From contig CAWKCK010000002.1 of NCBI GenBank assembly GCA_963848135.1, forward strand, positions 509,684 through 573,683: a DNA stretch of 64,000 nt, given 5' to 3'. Shown here one piece after another: positions 36,501 to 44,000 of the stretch; position 1 is the first letter of the stretch; each line of letters starts with the position of its first letter. The position numbers and the translations under genes were made by a program. The DNA is from an uncultured delta proteobacterium (GTDB lineage: Bacteria; Desulfobacterota; Desulfobacteria; Desulfobacterales; SG8-13). Below the pieces are notes generated by a model that was given only the letters and a program-made list of their open reading frames with translations, ran no database searches and had not been told where the DNA came from.

Positions 36501-37855
36501 ATCCCCCCACCAGCACCACCGGGCACATGATTGTCTCTGACCGTTACGTCTCGTAGAGTCAGGCTGCTTGATCCGTCCGCCTTGATCCCAGCGCCGTCCT
36601 CTCCGTGACCGTTCTGAATGGTTACACCGGCTATTGCGATATTTGCGCCCCGAACGTCAAACACCCTGTCTGCCGCATCACCATCGATAGTTGTCGTTTT
36701 AGCTCCAGCACCGGTAATTATGAGGTCTTGAGTGACATCTAGATCCCCACTCGTTGCCGCACTTTCACCGACACCGGTTTGAGAAAGATGGTAGTTGCCG
36801 GATCCGAGGACGATCTCATCAGCACCAGCCAATGCATTGGCCTCCATAACGGCCGCGCGTAAGGAAGTGTTACCCAATCCATCCAGTGCAACCCCGTCAC
36901 CTGGTGCAACGTCGACAGAATCATCGGTGGTATTGACAGTGAATTTGGCCAGGACACCGGACCAATGCTGTTGAATCCCTGCGCTGAAGGCTACTGGGGT
37001 TTCGATTTCACCCTTGGAGAACTCCAAATCCCAATCGCCGCCCCTTTTAGCGTTTCCGGTGAGGTCGTCACTGGCGGCCACATCCGCACCGGTAAGCTGG
37101 GCGATGTCGTTGAGGAGGTTCTGCCCGGCACTATCGGCAGTGATGTTGCAGCCGTAGAAGAGAATATCTCCATCACCTGTCAATGCTTTTCCCCACGTAG
37201 AGACGGAATCGAAGCTCTGCTGCAAGTGGGTTTTGTTCAACCAGATGTTACCCAGGTTGATCTGCCCGTCGGTACCGTGGGTAATAATATGAACCGCTGT
37301 CAGATCAGATCGTTCGGCCAGGACCTCGCTGATCTGCTCGATACCGTCACGATCGGCGTCGAGTATCAACACTTCGTAAGCTCTGATGTCATCGTTTTGC
37401 AGACCGGCGATCAACTGTTCGTAGTTTTCTACATTTTCATTTATAAAAACGATCTCGTGCGACGTGTTCACATCCGGACGATCAACCAGCGTGTCCGAAC
37501 CTGGTGTGCTTTCGTTTGTGTTGATTTCATTATCGTCATTCAAAGGATTCAGGGCGGGTGCATCGGCCAACACATCGATAAAAGTGCCAACGCCGAGAAC
37601 GTGCTGATTCTGGGATAACGCATCCAAACCAATCCCTTCAGGTGCGTTGGAAATGGTAACCGTATCCATTCCAGAGCTACCATCAGAATTCGCTTGAGAA
37701 TCCGGCGAAGCGGCTTCTGCACCGGCTCCCCAGCTTCCGGAGAGAAGCAACCGGGGCTCCAGAGGCTCAAAGCAGATACCGATAGGCAACTCTTGAGGTT
37801 CCTTTCGGATCCTTGTCACCTTTTTTAACATTTGCGCGACTGTTTTCATGTTCAT
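27593..37855 (-). CDS. giant surface protein 1 (3420 aa): LEPR-XLL-type leader, DUF4347, parallel beta-helix/CSLREA-like modules, DNRLRE-like domain, 11 identical cadherin-like repeats, He_PIG-like and Ig-like domains, Pro/Glu-rich linker, C-terminal membrane anchor
   Basis: Single uninterrupted ORF. N-terminus ...FEPLEPRLLLSGSWGAG, with no hydrophobic Sec h-region. DUF4347-like block (VFINENVENYEQLI...HIITHG..GQINLG...GGDWDLEF). PbH1-like G-rich repeats. C-terminus ...GLSVGYVVWLIRGGMLLSTLLSSIPAWQILDPLPVL plus a charged tail. No clear SD before the ATG; M3 and M9 are alternative starts. Confidence 0.9.
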   Translation of the reverse strand: MNMKTVAQMLKKVTRIRKEPQELPIGICFEPLEPRLLLSGSWGAGAEAASPDSQANSDGSSGMDTVTISNAPEGIGLDALSQNQHVLGVGTFIDVLADAPALNPLNDDNEINTNESTPGSDTLVDRPDVNTSHEIVFINENVENYEQLIAGLQNDDIRAYEVLILDADRDGIEQISEVLAERSDLTAVHIITHGTDGQINLGNIWLNKTHLQQSFDSVSTWGKALTGDGDILFYGCNITADSAGQNLLNDIAQLTGADVAASDDLTGNAKRGGDWDLEFSKGEIETPVAFSAGIQQHWSGVLAKFTVNTTDDSVDVAPGDGVALDGLGNTSLRAAVMEANALAGADEIVLGSGNYHLSQTGVGESAATSGDLDVTQDLIITGAGAKTTTIDGDAADRVFDVRGANIAIAGVTIQNGHGEDGAGIKADGSSSLTLRDVTVRDNHVPGGAGGGIFISGVIDFEGVTIEGNSADVGGGIYINNGVTGTIVNSTLSGNTAASNGGAIFTRNTIDITNSTIADNIAGSGGGIFKSGSGNIRLKNSILSNNTGGNTNGALITLGNNIDSQNTAGLDTFLGDQIMTDPMLGGLDYNGGQTKTHALLAGSPAIDAGTNVEAPSVDQRDVSRGILPDVGAYEMAQSALWLSTTGNVISSGAPGLNSWENGEVIELADPNLQFDPGTTNGTFSSALNLEALAGTDLDIDALHFVTRDITLDTIPAVNLQAGDLLFSTNGAESSAQLGNVARDDIIRFRPDMAGDYSSGTFTVVVPGVVGGGGAGDDLKALTLIEQNMAFGDTTLKAGDFLLVDEDHPSDVYLYRTSDGTRELLVAGNDVGITAAIDGLELLETNTTLGDETLSAGELLVSVDVGDGGIGTSGITAEQQDIFHLQIVKTNLVNGTAVADAALLMDGSSLNLNPLEDDEDIDALTVVSGSNPSATPSSTLTVTTSDDVADGNTSSVAALIGNPGTDGKISLREAIIAANNTDGLNNIYFDITGFGPHTINLSAALPNITGTLVIDGTSEPDYGSAPVVRIDGSALTNEDALRLEHGSKGSTIRGLSVTGFSGGDAIEIRSDYNTIIGNYLGLATNGTTVAGNDVGVKLRDGADFNTIGGTDAADRNLLSGNIYAGVAIREVGTDDNQIIGNWIGLDQNGDVVTAGDHGVVIWDGPDNNRVGGVNVGEGNRIAGHNNGVVVDDLGVAALDNVILGNEIFSVNEMAIDLDNDQITANDAGDGDSGPNDLLNHPVLSLVTQNGADLDVQFDLDVPAGDYRIEFFDNPNGINANGYGGGEVFLGAVTVTSSGTGTQTFNETISGATMTNATTVTATATEDLGGNNFGSTSEFGPALSVTTIVGAIKDTYIDENNPANNYGTSTSLVMDESGGGLGEGHVLLQFDLSAIPAGAVITNATLQLQAVSKADIGSTDIHVYEVTQAWDEGTGGTTAANWNNRLPGIPLDTPWSTPGGAIDSTAVDTLTTSSIGPHAWDITALVQAWNDGAKTNNGLMLASDDFGQVIFTYDSREGTTPPQLVISYSSPVANTAPTVSGTYSMPSTDEDTTSAAVQVSGMLGDASITINDNDGDTLGIAVFAKTGSGTWEYSTNGSSGWTDFGPVGSNAALLLSESTWLRYVPDGINGETAGFDFRAWDQTTDLASINGTQRLGDSTPGGGTTAYSNGSANVTLTVNSVNDAPTTSPVTLAAIGEDSGARLITQADLLVNANDIEGDSLTATGLAISVGNGALVDNGNGTWDYTPAADDDTSVSFTYTITDGTDTVAGSATLDITPVNDAPTTSPVTLAAIGEDSGARLITQADLLVNANDIEGDSLTATGLAISVGNGALVDNGNGTWDYTPAADDDTSVSFTYTITDGTDTVAGSATLDITPVNDAPTTSPVTLAAIGEDSGARLITQADLLVNANDIEGDSLTATGLAISVGNGALVDNGNGTWDYTPAADDDTSVSFTYTITDGTDTVAGSATLDITPVNDAPTTSPVTLAAIGEDSGARLITQADLLVNANDIEGDSLTATGLAISVGNGALVDNGNGTWDYTPAADDDTSVSFTYTITDGTDTVAGSATLDITPVNDAPTTSPVTLAAIGEDSGARLITQADLLVNANDIEGDSLTATGLAISVGNGALVDNGNGTWDYTPAADDDTSVSFTYTITDGTDTVAGSATLDITPVNDAPTTSPVTLAAIGEDSGARLITQADLLVNANDIEGDSLTATGLAISVGNGALVDNGNGTWDYTPAADDDTSVSFTYTITDGTDTVAGSATLDITPVNDAPTTSPVILAAIGEDSGARLITQADLLVNANDIEGDSLTATGLAISVGNGALVDNGNGTWDYTPAADDDTSVSFTYTITDGTDTVAGSATLDITPVNDAPTTSPVTLAAIGEDSGARLITQADLLVNANDIEGDSLTATGLAISVGNGALVDNGNGTWDYTPAADDDTSVSFTYTITDGTDTVAGSATLDITPVNDAPTTSPVILAAIGEDSGARLITQADLLVNANDIEGDSLTATGLAISVGNGALVDNGNGTWDYTPAADDDTSVSFTYTITDGTDTVAGSATLDITPVNDAPTTSPVTLAAIGEDSGARLITQADLLVNANDIEGDSLTATGLAISVGNGALVDNGNGTWDYTPAADDDTSVSFTYTITDATDTVAGSATLDITPVNDAPTTSPVILAAIGEDSGARLITQADLLVNANDIEGDSLTATGLAISVGNGALVDNGNGTWDYTPAADDDTSVSFTYTITDGTDTVAGSATLDITPVNDAPAVANVIPDQSATEDTPFSFQFAANTFNDVDAGDSLTYTALGLPSWLAFTAGTRTFSGMPANADVGTVTITVRATDASNAWVEEQFDITVANTNDVGTVAIDNLTPTVGDTLTAIVNDPDGATGAITYQWFHDGVIISGATSSTYTTVLVDEGKVISVTANYTDDRGTLESLTSAGTAPVAHLNVAPTAANLNAAETYTEDIPLDLSDIVIADIDSANVTVTLTLSDPAAGSLSTGTSGGVTANFSGGTWTASGPIADVNALLAGVVFTPSINYDNSFTIDASVDDGVAAPISGIKIITATPVGDTPQVSGIITPATVQSGLIVIDRNPDDGAEVTYFRISNITNGTLYLSDGVTPIHNGDYISFAQGQVGVRFTPTGTSIINGSFTVESSEDGISVAQQSGAVVSVITVVPPPTLPTESSLPTDSSDPAEPETATDSEVSEPAVEPDEATVENISEAVEAPPVNPGPSEESAPRQRGSSPARTPFLINVFRSFTQNRAAVADVNDNAARLSNRAGGPQKDTAADPGLYRAARQISFNNTMTARAYHNMVNSLDDIKEEIANDNQINKVYLGSAIVSSVGLSVGYVVWLIRGGMLLSTLLSSIPAWQILDPLPVLARKRDGDHPDDDESLETILDQAPRKTEPKKKSAEESSVTDQEKDRV
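29578..32825 (-). repeat. 11 tandem in-frame copies of a 294-bp (98-aa) unit, nearly identical
   Basis: Period exactly 294 bp (antisense shadow ORFs at 29706, 30000, ... 32646). Unit encodes VNDAPTTSPV(T/I)LAAIGEDSGARLITQADLLVNANDIEGDSLTATGLAISVGNGALVDNGNGTWDYTPAADDDTSVSFTYTITDGTDTVAGSATLDITP. Only a handful of substitutions across all copies (T/I, one G/A, a few silent). Confidence 0.95.
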
Positions 37856-37935
37856 GGGTTCAGAGTTCAGCGTTCTGGGTTCAGGGTTAGCGTCGGGTTA
37901 GGGTTCAGTCGAGTTCAGAGCGTTCTGGGTTTGTT
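37856..37935. repeat. one-armed GTTCNNG heptad-repeat element (copy B) between the four-helix-bundle gene and giant gene 1
   Basis: GGGTTCAGAGTTCAGCGTTCTGGGTTCAGGGTTAGCGTCGGGTTAGGGTTCAGTCGAGTTCAGAGCGTTCTGGGTT. It abuts the ATG of giant gene 1 and contains the stop codon and last five codons of the 4HB gene. Confidence 0.7.
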
Positions 37936-38313
37936 TTTCTTTTGATCTTGCTCGTAGGCCAATAAGTAATTTATGAAACCGCGAATGGCAGCACGGGTGC
38001 GGCCGGCATGATCGTAAACCTCCTGAAACTCTGCCTTCGCTATGTATTGCTGATCCAACGCCACATACAGTTCACTCTGGACTTCGGTACAAGATCGTTT
38101 GGCATACCGAAGAAAACGAACAAATTCAGCGTTTGACTCCGCATCGAATCCTTCTGCGATGTTGTGCATGGATGAACCTGCTGCATTCTGAATTTGTGCT
38201 CTTAACCCGAAGTCGCAAGCAAAATTGGCGTTCTTTGTCAGTCCATAGACCTTGTTCGCCAGTTCCCGGGCCAACTGCCATGCCTCGATATCTTCAAATC
38301 GATCTATTCGCAT
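37915..38313 (-). CDS. four-helix-bundle protein (23S rRNA intervening-sequence protein / Avd-like family)
   Basis: 132 aa. F.DI.AWQLARELA..VY.LT...F....GLR.QI..AA.S...NIAEGF.........F...A..S..E....L family pattern. Confidence 0.85.
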   Translation of the reverse strand: MRIDRFEDIEAWQLARELANKVYGLTKNANFACDFGLRAQIQNAAGSSMHNIAEGFDAESNAEFVRFLRYAKRSCTEVQSELYVALDQQYIAKAEFQEVYDHAGRTRAAIRGFINYLLAYEQDQKKNKPRTL

Positions 38314-38328
38314 GTTTCTATAAGTGAT

Positions 38329-38543
38329 GGTTCAGCGTTCAGGGTTCAAGGTTCTGGGTTCAGAGGTTCTGGGTTCAGCGTTCAGGGTTCTGGGTTCTGA
38401 GTTCAATGTACGGGGAACCTTTGAACCCAGAACTTTTGAACCTTTTTTTCAGTTCAACCTTTGAACCCCTGAACCTTTTAACCCGGAACCTCTGAACCTG
38501 TTATCAGTTCAACCTCTGAACCCAGAACCCTGAACCTTGAACG
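38329..38543. repeat. palindromic GTTCNNG heptad-repeat element (copy C)
   Basis: Left arm GGTTCAGCGTTCAGGGTTCAAGGTTCTGGGTTCAGAGGTTCTGGGTTCAGCGTTCAGGGTTCTGGGTTCTGAGTTCA. The right arm is the complement family (AACCTTTGAACCCAGAAC...CTGAACCCAGAACCCTGAACC). It ends 7 nt from the DGC/HD sensor stop. The stop-proximal ~50 nt (TATCAGTTCAACCTCTGAA...) are shared with copy A. Confidence 0.8.
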
Positions 38544-38550
38544 GTCATTT

Positions 38551-40992
38551 CTACGCTGCCAACGTTTTTTTATTACCATTACCCCCTTCAACATCGTGGC
38601 CTTTTCTTGAACCGCACAACTTCAACAGCTTCGAGGTGAGTGGCACGATTTCCGTCTGTTCACGGTTTTGCAAGGCGGCTTTTTCGATCTCCAGTGCCGT
38701 TTCGGCAATTTTTTTGAGGCCATACTTCGTGGCTCTTGTGGCCAGTTGCTCGGCCGAAACCGAAAGGTCAGCAAAAGATGAGGTGTTGACTGCAACAAAG
38801 ATTTTTTCTACTTCGCGTCCGATTTCTAACTTTATCGAATTGGGAACCTTTGCTTTTTCATTGCGACGGCTCTCATCACGAGCACTGATGACTTCTATAA
38901 AATGTTCAACCAAGTCGGGATCGAACTGCGTTCCGGCGCACCGTCTCAGCTCTTTGTATGCATCTTCGTAACTGCGGGCCCTTCGATACGGCCGATGCGA
39001 TACAATGGCATTAAAGGCATCTGCAATGTTGAGAATCCTTGCGCCCAGGGGAATGTCTTTTCCTTTAGGGCGCGAGGAATCTTTTGATTTACTGCCGTCG
39101 TACCACAAGCTGTGGTTGTGGACGATTTCGACGAGCTCGGGCGAAAGGAAGGTCGATGCGATAACATCCACGCTCCTGCGCTCGTGGTCACGCATGATCT
39201 TCCACTCGTCTTCTGTCAAAGACCCTGGTTTAAGAAGAATGGAATCGGGTACGCCCAGCTTGCCGATGTCATGCAGGAACCCGGCAATCTCCAATACCGA
39301 ACATTCGTTCAGGCTCATCAGGTCTCGTCCCGCAGCCGCGCATAGGTCTCCTACATTTCGCGAATGTTCGGCCGTTGCGACATCACGGTGTTCCAAGGCC
39401 AGCATAAGGGCATTGACCACGTGGTGGGGGATATGTACCTCACCTCCCCCTTTCTTCGGTGTACAGTCAGCGTATTCAGCGACGTCATTTTCAGAAATAC
39501 GAGCGATTTCAATGCTATAGCTCACGACTCTGTTGCGGCCCTCCCACTTGGCCACATATAGAGCTTTGTCTGCCTGGCTGAGTAATTCAGAAGGGTTGGC
39601 AGGCTCAGAGTCAAAAGAGGACACCCCCAGGCTGACAGTAATCCTAAGGTTAGAGAAACTCTTTGAGGAAATGGTGCGTCGAATCCTCTCAGCAGTGATA
39701 GCCCCTCCTTTAGTATCAGTTTCCGGCAACAGTATGGCGAACTCCTCCCCACCGTACCGGCAAAGAATATCGCAGTCTCTCAAAGAATCCTTCAGGATAC
39801 CGCTGACTTCCTGAAGCACTTTATCACCCTTCTGATGGCCATAATTGTCGTTAACCATTTTAAAGTGATCGATATCGACCATTATGCAGGCAATTTTTTG
39901 ACCGTATCGCTGTGCCCGGCTGTATTCAGACTCGAACCTTTCAAAAAAAGACCGGCGATTCAAACAACGGGTCAAAGGGTCTTGTGTTGCAAGTATTTGC
40001 AGTTCCTGGTTCTGTCGGTGAATTTCGTCACGGGATTTCTCCAGGGTATTCAGCGTTCTTTGAAGTTCATTATTCTTTCGTTCAATGACAGTTACATCAT
40101 CAAATGTGGCCAGAGCGCCACGCGTCTTGCCTGAACCGTCAAGAATAGGTGCCCCATTGACCATGTAAGTTCGTGGACCGCCTCCTTCATTTTGAAGTGC
40201 CAGTGGAATGGCCGCCTGACCTCTCCCCTCGCGTAGGGCCCGTTGCCAGGGGAAATTTTTCACTTTTTTTTGAGATCTGGGAAACGTCCAATGCAGATCT
40301 GAAGCTTTCTGGCCCATGATAGGTCCTTTGTCACCACCAATCTTTTTTTCGAATGCCTTGTTGGCCAGAACAATGCGCTCCTGGTGGTCCATAAGAACCA
40401 CCCCTTCCACGAGACTGTCTAACGCCACCTTGACTCTTTCCGGTACGACGGCAGACGGGTCCAGATGTCGCAGCGTTTTCTTCATGAGAAAGTAATAGCC
40501 CAGAAAAGCAAGGGGTAGGATGAATACCAACAGTTTGACAACGGGTTTTCCCCAAAGGGATAATAACAAGTTGGCATGTGTAGGCTTAAAGCTCACCTCA
40601 AAAGCTCCCCATTGCGATTCGCCCTTGATAATCGGTACTTGAACGTTCGTCGGAGTTGAAGCCTTCTTATTCTCATTACTCCAGTGGAGACTATGATCTC
40701 CGACTTCTATCAGAACAACGCCGGAGCTTCTACGGAGCGCTGCCGAAAGAATGTCTTCATTTCTTTGCTTCAACACCTTAAGGGTCGTCTGAATTTCATG
40801 GAGGTCTCCCTTTTGAACGGCGAGAGACGCATAAACGGCCAACGATTCACAGGTTTTTTTACGCAAGTCGAGAGCCGATTTTTCCGGATTGGGCAGGACA
40901 CCCAACATATCCACACTCAGAAGCAGCGTCATGGTAAACAACACAAGCCCGAAGGCGATGCGAAGGTCCGGTGCAATTTTAAATCGCTTCAT
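38551..40992 (-). CDS. membrane sensor: TM-periplasmic-TM module, PAS, GGDEF (GGEEF with RxxD I-site), HD-GYP-like HD domain lacking GYP, C-terminal helical tail
   Basis: 813 aa. RDCDILCRYGGEEFAILL. HD domain HSRNVG...FLHDIGKLGVPDSILLKPG. The region where HHExxDGxGYP is expected reads HNHSLWYDGSKSKDSSRPKGKD. The N-terminal ~310 aa are paralogous to the N-terminus of the 981-aa HK. Confidence 0.9.
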   Translation of the reverse strand: MKRFKIAPDLRIAFGLVLFTMTLLLSVDMLGVLPNPEKSALDLRKKTCESLAVYASLAVQKGDLHEIQTTLKVLKQRNEDILSAALRRSSGVVLIEVGDHSLHWSNENKKASTPTNVQVPIIKGESQWGAFEVSFKPTHANLLLSLWGKPVVKLLVFILPLAFLGYYFLMKKTLRHLDPSAVVPERVKVALDSLVEGVVLMDHQERIVLANKAFEKKIGGDKGPIMGQKASDLHWTFPRSQKKVKNFPWQRALREGRGQAAIPLALQNEGGGPRTYMVNGAPILDGSGKTRGALATFDDVTVIERKNNELQRTLNTLEKSRDEIHRQNQELQILATQDPLTRCLNRRSFFERFESEYSRAQRYGQKIACIMVDIDHFKMVNDNYGHQKGDKVLQEVSGILKDSLRDCDILCRYGGEEFAILLPETDTKGGAITAERIRRTISSKSFSNLRITVSLGVSSFDSEPANPSELLSQADKALYVAKWEGRNRVVSYSIEIARISENDVAEYADCTPKKGGGEVHIPHHVVNALMLALEHRDVATAEHSRNVGDLCAAAGRDLMSLNECSVLEIAGFLHDIGKLGVPDSILLKPGSLTEDEWKIMRDHERRSVDVIASTFLSPELVEIVHNHSLWYDGSKSKDSSRPKGKDIPLGARILNIADAFNAIVSHRPYRRARSYEDAYKELRRCAGTQFDPDLVEHFIEVISARDESRRNEKAKVPNSIKLEIGREVEKIFVAVNTSSFADLSVSAEQLATRATKYGLKKIAETALEIEKAALQNREQTEIVPLTSKLLKLCGSRKGHDVEGGNGNKKTLAA

Positions 40993-41042
40993 ATAAATTC
41001 TTTCTATTCAGATAATCGCTGATGGACACAACCGCCCTGCAC

Positions 41043-44000
41043 TTAGTCCAAAAGGTCTCGGACACCTTTCTCGTCTTTTTCCTCATCCAGTTCTTTATCT
41101 CTGCCAAGAAGCACCGGCAGCGGATCGAAGCTGCGCCACATGGGCATTGCCGATAGTGCCCCCAGCAGAAGAGAGGTGCCACGAAATGCCCATAACACAT
41201 AACCAACCATGACAGAGGCGCCAAAACCCGCCGCAGCACCTATGATCACTTGCCCCTGGTTTTCTTCCAGCTCCAGTGTGTCGTCTATTTGCCTTTGGAG
41301 GTGGTCAAGCGCCTGAGCCATTATCTCAGGTGAGAAAAAAACCGTGGCGCCAGAAATAAAATTTTCCGCTATACGGGATTCCATTGATCCTTTAGTGATT
41401 TCTATTTTTAAAGCACTAATATATCTAGCCGTTATCGACGGGGAGACAGTGGCGTTCAAATAGGAATTGCCAATTATTCTCGACCCCATCGTCGATCCGA
41501 AACGACGCAATTGAGCAGTATTAGATTGTGCCGCCTCTGGACCACTTGTTTGGTGGAGGATTTGCGGATCGATTTCCTCTGGCGGTGGCACTTCATCATC
41601 AGTCGGTGGAATCTCCTCCGGATCAGGTTCGATAGGATCGGTATCATCTTCCGGACCAGGATCCGGCCCCCCATCGTCTATCGGAGGCGGTGAATCAACC
41701 ACGGTAGAACCCGTGGCGCCGTTGATTGTAATCGTGACGTTATGAGTGGTGCCGTCCGAGGTGGTTACCGACAGCACATCGGTGAGTCTCTCTCCCGCAC
41801 CCAGTTGTTGGATCGCCGCTTGCGTGTTGTCCGCCACGTAACTCCAGGAACCCGCCGCTTCGATGGTGAGACTCCCGTATGTACCCAAGACAGTCCTGGG
41901 CTGGAAACTCGATTCACCGGTATCAGGATCCGATATGCTCAGAGCACCACCGACCTCGAGCTGTCCGTCGGTGTCCGGGTCCACGTCTTTTGTTACTGCA
42001 CCCGTGTTGCTGCCGCCAATCACCGGCGCATCGTTTATGTTAGCCACGGGACCAACCTGCGCACTTGTCACAGATTCACTTGTTCCCTGACCGTCGGTGT
42101 AACTCGCAATCACTGTAATGAAGGTGCCAACATCCGCATCACCTAATGTGTATGAGCTACCGGTTGCACCAGCAATAATTACACCATTACTCTGCCACTG
42201 GTAACTCACCGTCCCCATACCATCGGTATCCGCCAAGGTATCGGAAACCGTGAGGGTCTGGTCTTCGACCGGGGTGCCACTGATGGTCACCGTACCGGTG
42301 GGCGCATTGTTTAGATTGGCCACTGCTGCGGTCGCAGCTGAAGGGACACTCTCGAATGTGCCCTGGTCGTCGGTGTAGCTTGCCACCACGGTAATGACCC
42401 CGCCCACGTCCGCCTGTACCGTGGTGTATGTGGTCCCCGTCTCACCGCCAATGGCAACACCATCCAGGAACCACTGGTAACTGATCGGACCGCTCAGACC
42501 ATCCGCATCGGCCAATGAGTTGCTCACCGCGAGCGTGTCCCCTTCTACTGGCGTCATGTTATCGATGGTTACCGAGCCTATTGGTGCGTCGTTGGTATTG
42601 CTGATAACGATATCGAAGGTATCACTTACGGTCCCGCCGTTGCCGTCATCGGCCGTCACCGTGATTGTTACCGTGCCAACATCCGCGTTTAGCGGCGTGC
42701 CAGTAAAGGTTCTTGTGGCAGCATTGAACGATAGCCAACCGGACGCATCCGACGTATAGGTTAAGGTGTCGCCAACATCGATATCAGCGAACGTGTTGGC
42801 CGCAAAGGTAAAGGTAAATGGTGTATCTTCGGTGGCAATCTGATCCGGGATCGGATTGGCCACTGTCGGGGCATCGTTGGAGTTGCTGATGACGATATCG
42901 AAGGTATCACTTACGGTCCCGCCGTTGCCGTCATCGGCCGTCACCGTGATTGTTACCGTGCCCACATCAGCGTTCAGAGGGGTGCCGCTGAACGTGCGCG
43001 TGCCAGCATTGAATGACAACCAGCCCAATGCATCAGAAGTGTAGGTCAGCGTGTCGCTTGTATCGACATCATTGAAAGTGTTGGCCGCAAAGGTAAATGT
43101 AAACGGCGTGTCTTCGGTCGCTGCCTGATCCGGAATCGGATTGGCCACCGTCGGGGCATCGTTGGAGTTGCTGATGACGATATCGGAGGTATCACTTACG
43201 GTCCCGCCGTTGCCGTCATCGGCCGTCACCGTGACCGTTACCGTGCCCACATCAGCGTTCAGAGGGGTGCCGCTGAACGTGCGCGTGGCGGCATTGAAGC
43301 TCAGCCAGCCGGAGGCATCCGAGGTATAGGTCAACGTGTCGCCGATATCGATATCCGCGAATGTATTGGCCGCAAAGGTAAATGTAAACGGCGTGTCTTC
43401 GGTCGCTGCCTGATCCGGGATCGGATTGGCCACTGTCGGGGCATCGTTGGAGTTGCTGATGACGATATCGAAGGTGTCACTTACGGTCCCGCCGTTGCCG
43501 TCATCGGCCGTCACCGTGATTGTTACCGTACCCACATCAGCATTCAGAGGGGTACCGCTGAACGTGCGCGTGCCAGCATTGAATGACAACCAGCCCGATG
43601 CATCAGAAGTGTAGGTCAGCGTGTCGCTTGTATCGACATCATTGAAAGTGTTGGCCGCAAAGGTAAAGCTGAACGGAACATCTTCGGTCGCTACCTGATC
43701 CGGAATCGGGTTGGCAACCGTCGGCGCATCGTTGCTGTTGCCGACCACAATATCAAAGGTATCTGAGACCGTACCGCCGTTACCATCATCGGCCGTGATC
43801 GTGACTGTCACCGTGCCGACATCCGCGTTTAGCGGTGTGCCAGTAAAGGTTCTGGTGGCGGCATTGAATGACAGCCAACCAGAGGCATCCGACGTATAAG
43901 TCAGAGTATCGCCAGCATCGACATCAGAGAACGTGTTGGCCGCAAAGGTAAAGGTAAATGATGTGTCCTCAGTGGCCACCTGGTCGGCGATCGGATTGGC

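Noticed and set aside
37915-38313. Four-helix-bundle (Avd-like) gene as a marker of a diversity-generating retroelement that diversifies the giants
   Set aside because: There is no reverse-transcriptase ORF in the window. I could find no template/variable repeat pair with adenine-specific differences; the few differences among the 294-bp repeats are not A-specific.
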